This document shows, one piece after another, positions 53,283 through 64,000 of a stretch of DNA of 64,000 nucleotides. A program made the position numbers and the translations under genes. The stretch is from Octopus sinensis (lineage: Eukaryota), in NCBI RefSeq assembly GCF_006345805.1, contig NC_043005.1, positions 58,528,001-58,592,000 on the forward strand, in the 5' to 3' direction. Position 1 is the first letter of the stretch; every line of letters begins with the position of its first letter. The notes beneath the pieces are model-generated. The model saw only the letters and a program-made list of their open reading frames with translations. It was not told the DNA's origin and made no database searches.

Positions 53283-54020
53283 AATTATTCAATACCGTAA
53301 TAGAAAAATATTTTCCTATAAATCATATATATACAATATAAAATTTTTAATAAGCATAAGGTCTAGTTGGCTTATTCTAACAGTAGAAATGTTGCACAAA
53401 TAACACATAATGTAAAATAATATTGAAATTTCAAAATAGCTATTCTAATCAGAGTAGCAAAGTAAATGTTTGGAATAATAATGTCAAATAGAATTTTAAA
53501 AAACTCAAATAGAAGAAAATACTAAGAATTTAAATGTTGTGGAAAGGGAAACAATCCAATTTAATATAATGAATAACGTAAAATTGAATAAAAATTCAGC
53601 TAGAAATAGTACAAATATAACATAATATGAAAAAGTAAACAATAATAAAGAACTTGGTAGAAATGAATTTGATTTTACCATCAGTGATCAAATTAATACT
53701 AAATCTGAGAGAAATATAAAAAATTTTTCTCTGCAATGGGACTCCTGTTATGAGAATAATAAATGTAATACTAAATATATAATATATAGATGTAAATTTA
53801 CATCCGAGGGAAATGAATAATTTGGCATTGGTGTGACTGCAATAATTTTCAAAAAGCGACTAACCAACCACTTAAATTCATTTACAGGTAAAATTAAAGA
53901 TTCTAAACAAGTCTAAGTAAATTAATCTGGTCTATTAAAGCCAGAAACAAAGACTATACTATCAATTGGGAATTAATTAGTACTGCAAAACCATATTAAC
54001 CAGGAACTAATAAATGTGAC
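53283..54020 (+). mobile_element. Decayed Penelope-like element: RT thumb plus GIY-YIG endonuclease
   Basis: Frames with stops and shifts give KYFPINHI/KIFNKHKV*LAYSNSRN, KCNTKYIIYRCK...*FGIGVTAIIFKKRLTNHLNSF (GIY-YIG IIY...xIG...FKKR..H) and LIWSIKARNKDYTINWELISTAKPY*PGTNKCDL, typical of PLE C-termini. Confidence 0.85.
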
Positions 54021-54173
54021 TTAGACCAGTCCAGCCAGTTCAAACCACTCCAAACCAGTTTATACTACTCTATATTTGTTCAAATTGCACCTAACTGGAT
54101 CAAACAGGTCCGAAACAGTTCAAAACAGATCAGACTGGTCAAAATCAGTCAAAACCAGATGAGACCAGTTGCA

Positions 54174-54264
54174 CATTTTCATCAAACATTTTCATCATAC
54201 ATTTTCATCAAACATTTTCATCAAATATTTTCATCAAATATCGTCATCAAACATTTTCATCAAA
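54174..54264. repeat. 13-bp minisatellite (CATTTTCATCAAA) x7
   Basis: Direct reading. Preceded by loose, about 10-bp ACCAGT-type repeats (54019-54172) just after the PLE fragment. Confidence 0.9.
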
Positions 54265-54646
54265 CATATTTGTATATATATCTTTCTTTGCGTCTATGTT
54301 TGTCCCCTACCATTGCTTCACAACTGGTGCTAGTGTATTTACAGCCCCATAACTTAGCAAGTTGGCAAAAGAGATTGATAGAATAAATTCCAGGTTTAAA
54401 AGAAAATAAGTACTTCATTCTGCTAAAATTCTTCAAGGTGGTGTTTCAGTATGGCCATTGTCTTATTACAAAAGCAAATAAAAGATTAAAAATTAAAAAA
54501 TGCTTTCAGGCTCCTCTTGACTTTTTAAACTTTAAATCTTGATTTCGTTTATTCTACATTTTTCTGATTTCTTGGTTTAGGCTCTTCAAATTCTGCAAAT
54601 CCTCCTTCACTTATAACCTCTTTAAGGAATGTTTCTTATTTCCCTC

Positions 54647-54855
54647 TTAACCCTTTCCTTACTGTATTTTGAGATGCTCTGTGTTTCTTTCAATTACTTT
54701 AAATATAACAAACAATTTAGTAAAATAACTTAGTTATCATTAAGCTAGTGTTAGGAACATAATTTGTGACTAAGGTTTGGTAAAAGATTTTAATTCAAAA
54801 CTTATGAAAACAAGACATTTGTACTCAGAGCAAGAGCCAGTTCCAGCCGGGTTTG
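54647..54855. mobile_element. piggyBac-type MITE fragment (different family)
   Basis: Starts TTAACCCTTTCCTTACTG; the right end is not intact. Confidence 0.45.
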
Positions 54856-55121
54856 CTTAGACTTTTCTTCTCTAGTTCTACTATATCTTTTGGTAATCCT
54901 TAACCCACTTAGACCAAACATAACCCAGCTTAGCCACTGTTCTTTTTACTTCTTTTCCAAACACAGTCTATCTAGGACATAATATCGAATGTATTCCTTA
55001 TTTAAGATGCAAAGTGTGATTTAAGGAAGATTTAACTGCTGTTTCTAGCTGAGCAAATAACGATCATGTAGAGGCTTTTATACAACTCATTCAAATCTAT
55101 GTTTATATCTTCTCTTCTCAC

Positions 55122-55197
55122 TCCTCCTCTATAAGCATCAACTCTAACTGGCTTCACTAACTCTCTGCCAGCATGTTCTTGGGCAAATTCAACATGA
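55122..55197 (-). CDS. Candidate internal coding exon of an unidentified host gene (HVEFAQEHAGRELVKPVRVDAYRGG)
   Basis: Polypyrimidine tract (CT)n-GTAG acceptor and GGA|GTGAGA donor. 76 nt, open in only one frame, non-repetitive and protein-like. No family recognised. Confidence 0.35.
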
Positions 55198-55470
55198 CTA
55201 CAGAGAGAGAGAGACAGAATATCTAATAACATGAAACAATTTCAGATCAATAATTTGATACCAGGCAATAAAATTCTGATTAAATTATTCAAACCATTTT
55301 TTTTCTTTCCACAGGATATAATATACTATAATATACTTCAGGACATTCTCAATATATTTATTCGTATTTTTTTTTTTTTTTTCCCTTTCAATACTGATAT
55401 TATGTTGTGAGTTTAGATTCTAATTATGTCTGTAGCATTCTCAAATATATTATTAAGCTAATAAATATGC

Positions 55471-55532
<62 letters not shown>

Positions 55533-55689
55533 AACTGCATTACTACATACATACATAAACACATGTATATATAAACTCATGCACACACTCACACAAAGAT
55601 GAGCTGAGAGAAGTAACTGAGAATGGCCTGTGGTATGCATATGAACAACATAGACAAATGCAGGTATAGAAAATACCACACAACATGAC

Positions 55690-55820
55690 AGTATAACATC
55701 AGTCATTCATCTTCCTAGCATAAGTCAAAGATGCATTGCATCAATCTTCATTTTCTTCTTCATCATCCTGTCTTATGCTCTTTTCAAAAGTTTTCTTCTA
55801 TGCTCCAGTAACTCAACTGC
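55690..55820 (-). mobile_element. Decayed RTE RT fragment
   Basis: VELLEHRRKLLKRA*DRMMKKKMKIDAMHL resembles RTE IKLLEH.MK..ER......KIDxMQF. Confidence 0.6.
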
Positions 55821-55919
55821 GTGTGTGTGTGTGTATGTGTGTGTGTGTTTGTGCACGTGTGTGTGTGTAAATGCTACTTGTGACAGATACATTGCTGTAG
55901 GTATACCGTTCAGCAGAAA

Positions 55920-56200
55920 AAAAAAATCTGACATCTATTCATGTATTTACCAGGCACTTGTCCAAACAGTTCTCCTCTATGGTTGTGAGACCTGGTCAAT
56001 GCCTGTTGCTGATCACCAGAAGCTGGAGGTCTTCTATATTCAATGTTTTCTCTAACTGCATATTTCAGACAGCATTTTGAACTGACAACTTTATTCCTAT
56101 TGTGGTCTCTCACTTCTTGAGGGAATTCTCCTGATGAAGAGTACCCCCCTGATGAACTCGTCAGGTTGACATAAGAAGAGAGGTGGTTAGCTGAAGACAT
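55920..56200 (+). mobile_element. Decayed RTE (BovB-like) ORF C-terminal fragment
   Basis: IYQALVQTVLLYGCETWSMPVADHQKLEVF contains the RTE motif LLYGCETW. Confidence 0.8.
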
Positions 56201-56469
56201 GACTTATGACAGTTAAAGCAAATGCAGCTTGTTTCCAGCCCTCAAGTCTTTGGCACTTGTCACTGGAACCAGGAATGGCTTAAACATGCTGCAGAATCAG
56301 CCACTGACAGATATGCATGGACCACTTTGAGCCATGACACAGTGAACTCAATAGAAGCTGGCTTAACACTTCTCACATGAATGCTGTTACAAGTCAAAAC
56401 CCATGTATCTAGGACAAATTGATATATATATATGTGTGTGTATTATACACACACGCACACATATATATA

Positions 56470-56894
56470 TATATGTTCTTTTACTCTTTTATTTGTTTCA
56501 GTCATTTCACTGCAGCCATGCTGGAGCACCAACCTTAATTGAACAAATCAACCCTAGAACTTAATCTTTGTAAGCCTAGTACTTATTCTATTGGTCTTTT
56601 TTGCCAAACTGCTAAGTTACAGGGATGTAAATACACCAACATCGGTTGTCAAGCAACAGTGGGAGGACACACACAAACATACACATACACATACTCATAC
56701 ACACACACACACACATATATAAATATATATATGATAGGCTTCTTTTAGTTTCTGTCAACTAAATCCACCCACAAGGCTTTGGTCGACACAAGGCTATAGT
56801 AGAAGACACTTGCCCAAGGTGCCATGCTGTGGGACTGAACCCGGAACCATGTGGTTTGTAAGCAAACTATTTACCACACAGCCACTCCTGCACC
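56470..56894 (-). mobile_element. Dominant tRNA-derived SINE, full length
   Basis: Reverse complement of the family consensus. Confidence 0.85.
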
Positions 56895-56929
<35 letters not shown>

Positions 56930-57679
56930 ATGTATCCGACCATGCATCCGACCACTGAATACTAAAGGTCAGCCTGAGCAATTCACATGTATAGCCAACT
57001 GTTAGGAAGAAACCACAGATACAAACCAATAGAAAACCAATCACATTTAAATACCACTCCATACCATCTACTACCATTCATAGCAGTCTGACAAATGCAC
57101 TCTGGCAGCAAACACCATGTGCCTATCAGCCACTACTAAATTCGAACGACGATGAACAGAGAAGTTGGTCTTGAAGTCAAAGGTTTTAGACTAATGGAGA
57201 CAACGCTCATCTATCACCCAAGGAAGCTCATTATGCAAATAAACAGCTGCATAATCAAATACCTGTATTCTCGAAGAACTACATTGCATCAAAACAATTG
57301 TGGCAAATAATAAATAAATGTCCAACTGATATATATAGATATATGCTTGCCTACAATATAGTGTGTTATTCTAGGAGATTTTAAGGTGGTAATAGTGGCC
57401 TTTGGCGTCTATTTCTACAGTGCGTGGCGAGGCATATAGCCAATCCCTTGTTATTATTATGTACATAATTATAAAATACTTTATATGTATATCTATATAT
57501 ATATATCTAAATCTATATATATACACACAAACACACACACACACACGTTTATATAATTGAATACACAACTGAAAGAGGTACTAATAGTTTCATGCTATCA
57601 TGATAATTGAACAGGCATACTCACACAACATGCTAAGTATCTTAAAGCAAACTTTCAGGCTCTGCTTATGCATTATGCA

Positions 57680-57720
<41 letters not shown>

Positions 57721-58376
57721 TTATCTTTCTATTTATCTGTGTGTGTGTTAGTGTGTGTGTATAGTATTTTAGATTCCTAACCTCACTGGAAGTATCTTAA
57801 ACCCAAACTACTAACAAAGATAACTGCATGTGTCAGGAAGCGTAATATATAGTAAAGTATAAAAGTGTATGGCCACAGCATGGAGCAGTCAACAGGAAAG
57901 GATATCAAACTGACATCAATTACAGATAAAATATAAATAAATTCCTATTATATAACAATGGTTATCTGGAGTTTTAAAATTTCACAATGCTGAAAGCTTT
58001 ATCATTATATGCAAATAATCCTATCTCTCTATGTAAATATGTTACAAATAGCATTTCGGAGTCATAAACTTAGGGTTTTATGTCGTCATCAACATACCAT
58101 GATGTCTGCACTTGTCAGTGGGAGCAAAATAAATGGTTGCAGCATTGAGATGTCAGCAGGAAACAACATCAAACTGATATAATTTAGAGTAACCGTAGCC
58201 AACCAAACTTTTGAAAATTCTACACTGATAGCAGTGGTTCCAAACCTATGAAGTAATTTCCTTCTCATGAGGAGGGCATCATGTGCTCACAAGGAGTTAA
58301 GGGATGATATGGAAGGGCACTGAGTATTTAGAAGGTTTGTGATTTATCTTAGAAATAAAATATCTAATACAATACA

Positions 58377-58538
58377 GGTGCAGGAGTGGCTGTGTGGTAA
58401 GTAGCTTCCTTACTAACCACATGCTTCTGGGTTCAGTCCCACTGTGGGGCACCTTGAGCAAGTGTCTTCTACTATTGCCTCGGGCCTACCAAAGCCTTGC
58501 GAGTGGATTTAGTTGACAGAAACTAAAGAAGCCCGTCA

Positions 58539-58627
<89 letters not shown>

Positions 58628-58890
58628 GTCTATATATATATATTTATGAATATATATACATATATATATGTGTGTGTATATTTATATGTTTGTGCGTCTG
58701 TGTTTTCCCCCACCATCACTTGACAACCAATCTTGGTGTGTTTACGTCCCTGTAACTTAGTGGTTTGGCAAAAGAGACTGATAGGATAAGAACTAGGCTT
58801 ACAAAGAATAAGTTCTGGGGTCAATTTGTTCGACTGAAAAGGCAGTGCTCCAGTATGACCACAGTCAAATGACTGAAACAAATAAAAGAA
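58377..58890 (+). mobile_element. Dominant tRNA-derived SINE with internal (TATC)n expansion
   Basis: Family head and tail; the spacer has been replaced by (TATC)n. Confidence 0.85.
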
Positions 58891-58910
58891 AGTATTAAAA
58901 CATAGTATAA

Positions 58911-59130
58911 CCCTTTAGCATTCAGATTATTCTGTGAAATGTAATGCTCATTTATTTACATTGTTTTGAATTAGTCATGGCTTATCTCGTAGCTTTGAGA
59001 TTTTCATGATGTGATTGCTTATTTTCAGAAGGACATTGTAAGGTTGGTGTGAGAGGCTGAATCTGGCTGGTTTAAACATAAAACAGGTCGAATATTTAAG
59101 CAGGATATGACTGGTTTGAATGCTAAAGGG
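58911..59130. mobile_element. piggyBac-type MITE
   Basis: TIRs CCCTTTAGCATTCA / TGAATGCTAAAGGG flanked by ATAA and TTAA. Confidence 0.8.
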
Positions 59131-59370
59131 TTAAACACATTTTCACAAGCATTTTTGTTGGTATTCAAATATGAGTATGAACAGTGAGAAGAAATAGATT
59201 GATAATACTCCAAGGTCCGATATAATTTTATTGTATAAATCTAGAATTAATAATTCATATAAAACGCACACACATGTATATATCATATATATACAAGTTA
59301 ATTACACAGTGTGTGTGTATGTGTGTATGTGTGTGTGTGTATGTGTGTGTATGTGTATGTAAGAAAAATT

Positions 59371-59640
59371 GTGCAGGAGTGGCTGTTATAGGTGCAGGAG
59401 TGGGTGTGTGGTAGGTAGCTTGCTTACCAGCCACATGCTTCTGGATTCATTCACACTGCATGGCACCTTGGTCAAGTCTCTTCTACTATAGCCTCGGGCC
59501 AACCAAAGCCTTGTGAGTGGATTTGGTAGATGGAACTGAAAGAAGCCTGTCATATATATGTATGTATATATATGTATGTATGTGTGTGTATGTTTGTGTG
59601 TCTGTGTTCCCCCCACCCACCCAACATCGCTTGACAACTG
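59371..59640 (+). mobile_element. Dominant tRNA-derived SINE, 3'-truncated, with duplicated head
   Basis: GTGCAGGAGTGG occurs twice (59371 and 59392). Confidence 0.75.
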
Positions 59641-60386
59641 ACAAAAGAGACACACACATACACACACTTAAAGAGACACTCATACAAACATGAAGACATA
59701 TGCATACATACACCTACTCATACTCACATATGCATGCTCTCTCTCTCACACACACTCATACAAGCTCAATGCACACAAACTGGTTAAGTAAATCATTTTT
59801 TCAAATTTTCTTTGTCTTCATTTACAATGTTATATTCTCTCCCTTTCTCTTTCTTTTTCTCACTTTTCTTCTCTCTCTTTCTTTCAAATCTTAAACATCT
59901 ATCTAGGTGATCTATTGAAAACATTGATAAATATCTGTATTTTCAGTCAAACATTGCATTTGATAATTCTCCTTGAAACATTTCTTTCTTTAAACACACA
60001 TATAAACACCCCACCCATCCAAACATGCATACATACATACATATATATATGTATATATATATATAATATATTATATATATATATATCAATATGAATATAA
60101 AAGTAGATAGATTGATAGGCAGATAGCTAAATGCGTGTATATATGTACTTTTATACATAGTTAGATTTCAGTATCACTGTAGAAATCAGGCCAAATGTAT
60201 GCTTGTATGTCTGTGTGTGTGTGTGTGTACAGATTGCTTGAAGTGGTATTACAGATTTTATATATCAAGAAAAACGAGGTTGTCAGAATTTTGGATAATT
60301 ATTTATTTAGCGCTTTCATGTTGTTTGTTTCAGAGGCTCATCAGATATGATTTTTACAGAAAATATTTTGCCTTTTCTATATATCT

Positions 60387-60546
60387 GGAAGCGAATGTGT
60401 GGCTGTGTGGTAAGAAGCCTGCTTTCCAAGTACATAATTCCAAGTTCAGTTCCAATGCATGATACCATAGTCAAATGTCCTCTACTATAGCCTCAGGCGG
60501 ACCAATGTGTTGTGAGTAGATTTGGTAGATGGAAACTGAAAGAAGC

Positions 60547-60594
<48 letters not shown>

Positions 60595-60770
60595 GATGGG
60601 CTTGACAACTAGTGTTGGTGTGTTTATGCCCCTGTAACTTAGCAGTTCAGCAAAAAGATGTCAGTAGAATAAGTACGAAGCTTAAAAAGAGAATAGGTAT
60701 TGGGGTATTCTTGAAGGTGTTGCCCCAGCTTGGCTGCATTCTAATGACTGAAACAAGTAGAAGGTAAAGA
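60387..60770 (+). mobile_element. Dominant tRNA-derived SINE, diverged
   Basis: Head, core and tail motifs present. Confidence 0.75.
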
Positions 60771-60797
60771 TAAGAAATATATGTGTATGTGTGTATA

Positions 60798-60863
<66 letters not shown>

Positions 60864-61010
60864 TGTGTAGATATGTGTGTGCATCTATGCATGTGTATGT
60901 ATGTGTTGCAGGCCTGTGTAGATAGTGAAGCCTAAGAGGCTGGGCCAGAGGGACTGAAAAGAGGAAAGAAAGACGAAAGACGGAAAGAAATGGAAAAAGA
61001 AGGAAAGAAA

Positions 61011-61042
<32 letters not shown>

Positions 61043-62084
61043 AAGAAAGAAAGAAAGAGAAGAAGAAAACAATGGGGTATTTTCTATACTGAGATGGCTT
61101 TTATTGTATTTTTCTGGCCTACTGAGAGTTACACAGGTGTTTGAAGTTAATGATGTTTTAAAATGTCAATGTTGTTTCTTTGAAGGCATCTTTCTCTCTC
61201 GCTTTCTTTCTTTCTTTCTCGCTTTCTTTCTTCTTTCTTTCTTCTTTCTTTCTTTCTTTCTTTCTTTCACTCTCTCTCCCTCTCTCTGTCTCTCTTTCAC
61301 TCTCTCTCTTTCTCCGTATGCATGTACATGTAAGTATGAGTGTGTAGTGAATTTTCAAGGTTTTGGTCAGAGTGCAGGAAAAAGAGGGGGTAGAAAGGAA
61401 AGAAACAAGTTGGGAAAAAAAAAAAAGAAAGAAAGAAAGAAAGAAAGGAAGAAAGAGAGAAAGAAATACAAGAAAGAAAGAAAGAAAGCAAGAAGAAAAA
61501 AAGAAAAGAGAGGACAAAAAAGAAAGACAGAAAGAAAGAAGGAAAGAAATGAAGAAAGAGAGAAGGAAGGCTTATTTCAAACTGAATTGTGTTCATATGG
61601 TCAGATAATCCAACCCGTCAATTTTATTTTAATCATTGTTCTGAAGGCTTCTCTCCATCTCTCTTTCTCTCTAGACTTAAACACCTGTCTAGGTGATTTA
61701 TTCAAAACGTTGATAAACGTCTGTATTCTCAGTCAAACATTGTATTTGATGACTCTCCATTGAGCATTTCTTTCTTTCCTTAAACACATACATTCTCACT
61801 TCACTCATCCCAAAATATATGTGTATATGTATATGTAAAATATAATATATATATTATATATATATGTTAAGAACAAACTTACTTAGAAATGGATGCATGT
61901 GTTCTGTCGTGTAATAACAAATTAATAAATAAAACATATGCATATATACATACATATATGTATGTGGCTCCTTCACTGTTCTCATAAATAGCGTTCGTAA
62001 TATTTTATCTCGTTCGGCTTAACAGCCCTTCTTGTCTGTGTTACTGTTATTCTCCCTGTCCTGTCTTTTACTGTTTATATTTTG

Positions 62085-62372
62085 TACTGTTGTTACTGTC
62101 CTGTTTTTGTTACCATTTTTACCCCTCCGCAAAAAAATCTCAAATTTTATTTGCTTTTCACGGAAGGATTGTTTCAGTTGAAGATGTGTCTCACCTTCAC
62201 CTTCGAAACGCGGTGTAGATGAAACCATGGCGACTGAAGAAGGGGAGTTTTCTTTGTGTTATTTCCAGTACTCTATTTTTGTCGTTTGTAAGAAAATGTC
62301 CAGTTCCTTGGTTTTGTGTTTATGTTTTCGTTTCTCATTGTGTTCGACGTTTTTCGGTGTCCTGTACCCATA
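62085..62372 (+). repeat. Second copy of the 345-626 family
   Basis: See 345-626. Confidence 0.55.
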
Positions 62373-62454
62373 TATGCATGTATATATACATGTAGATGTA
62401 GGTACGTACATATATGTATGTATATATGCATATGTTTTATTATTAATTTGTTAT

Positions 62455-62489
<35 letters not shown>

Positions 62490-62616
62490 GATATATAAAT
62501 TAATCAAAATAAAAACATGACGCCAAGGATTCAGCGGTACATATGTTTCGGGCCTTATTAGACGGATTTATAACAATGCATAATGTATGTCTGTGGCCTT
62601 CTTGTATGTATGGTAA

Positions 62617-62778
62617 GGCACAGGAGTGGCTGTATGGTAAGTAGCTTGCTTACCAACCACATGGTTATAGGTTCAGACCCACTGCGTGGCACCTTGGGCA
62701 AGGTTTCTTCTATATAGCCTCGGGCCGACCAAAGCCTTGTGGAGTGGATTTGATAGACAGAAACTGAAAGAAGCTGTC

Positions 62779-62826
<48 letters not shown>

Positions 62827-63045
62827 TGTGTGTATGTGTTTTGTGTTGTGTTATTTCCCCCCCAACATTGCTTGACAACCGATGGTGGTGTGTTTGCATC
62901 CCCGTAACCTAGCAGTTCGGCAAAAGAGACCGATAGAGAAAGTACTAGGCTTACAAAGAATAAATCCTGGGGTTGATTTGCTCGACTAAAGGTGCTCCAG
63001 CATGGCCACTGTCAAATGACTGAAACAAGTAAAAAAGAAAAGAAA
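62617..63045 (+). mobile_element. Dominant tRNA-derived SINE, full length
   Basis: Family consensus match. Confidence 0.85.
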
Positions 63046-63310
63046 AAGAGATATATATGTGCATGCCTATATATACACAAAGTTTTTACATGTGTGTGCA
63101 TGTGCATATGTATGTTTGTGTGGCCCAGAGTTCAGCAACTTAACTATACATTCACTGTGCTTCATTAAATAAATAACAGTCGATCTGAGGCTAAGCAACA
63201 ACCATAATAGAAGACACCAAATACGACTCCATGAAGAAGCCTTTAAGAAGTGGCTCAACCTGGTAAGAATAGCCACTAAATCTCCCTTAAACAACATTCA
63301 GCTGCATTCT

Positions 63311-63519
63311 TATTTCTTTATTGCCCACAAGGGGCTAAACATAGAGAGGACAAACAAGGACAGACAAAGGTATTCAATCGATTATATCAACCTCAGTGCG
63401 TAACTGGTACTTAATTCATTGACCCCAAAAGGATGAAAGGCAAAGTTGACCTCGGCAGAATTTGAACTCAGAACCGCTAAGCATTTCGCCCGGCATGCTA
63501 ACACTTCTGCCAGCTCACC
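63311..63519 (-). mobile_element. CORE-type tRNA SINE, tail type A
   Basis: Reverse complement of 35710-35940. Confidence 0.8.
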
Positions 63520-64000
63520 ACATTTCAGCTGCATTCTACTATCTTCAGAGACACCATATTAATATAATTATTCTGGCAAAAAGAAAATTATTTAATCTTA
63601 GTAGAATTGTCTTTGATCATAAGTCTGCTATGTTAAAGCTGACTCACAGTAAAACAACTTCAACAGCCACATATGCAAAATAACAACATAAATTATTTAT
63701 ATTTTTATTCATATAAATATTTTTTAAATCATGAAATTGCATAAAAGTTTGAAAACCTACTATTATAAACTTGACTTTGTTTCCCCCTATTTCAAATAAT
63801 TGTTAGCTAATAGCTAATATAGCTAATATATGATGTCACATAAACAGCCATGAGGTCTACTTTTTTCATATTTTCCCCACTTCAAATAATGGTTATCTAA
63901 TGTATACATATAAACAGCCATGCAGATACAAGACATTATGATAAACAATGTATATACACAAACAACAAGCCTTGAATATTTAAAAAAAAATGTATGCTCA

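Noticed and set aside
54560-54620. Minus-strand peptide VISEGGFAEFEEPKPRNQKN as the next exon after 55122
   Set aside because: There is no polypyrimidine tract, the donor is non-consensus, and it abuts a MITE.

Overview
Eukaryotic, very AT- and microsatellite-rich DNA with the character of a large intron or intergenic region. The repeat repertoire (tRNA-head SINEs, CORE-type SINEs, RTE 3' ends with (GAT)n tails) is most consistent with a coleoid cephalopod such as Octopus; this is an inference from repeat families recalled from memory, not a database result. I could not identify any host protein-coding gene, tRNA or rRNA gene, or CRISPR array. Almost all listed ORFs are translations of simple repeats. 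Real coding signal comes only from retroelements: a young 5'-truncated L1/Tx1-type LINE (17.6-19.6 kb; RT YADD plus CCHC, one frameshift) inside an (ATCT)n array; an R4/Dong-like RLE 3' end at a (TAA)n array; several RTE RT and 3'UTR fragments; and a decayed Penelope-like RT-thumb/GIY-YIG fragment (53.3-54.0 kb). There are also non-autonomous Helitrons, piggyBac- and hAT-type MITEs, and about 30 SINE copies or fragments. The most interesting unexplained signals are: (i) two decayed minimal type I hammerhead-ribozyme motifs with compensatory stem changes in short (TA)n-adjacent elements; (ii) a 3' tail shared between the Tx1 LINE and one CORE-SINE subfamily; (iii) each retroelement family sitting at a different microsatellite type; (iv) several long fold-back structures and near-perfect hairpins; and (v) a few splice-site-flanked open exon candidates in unique DNA that I could not assign to a known gene.
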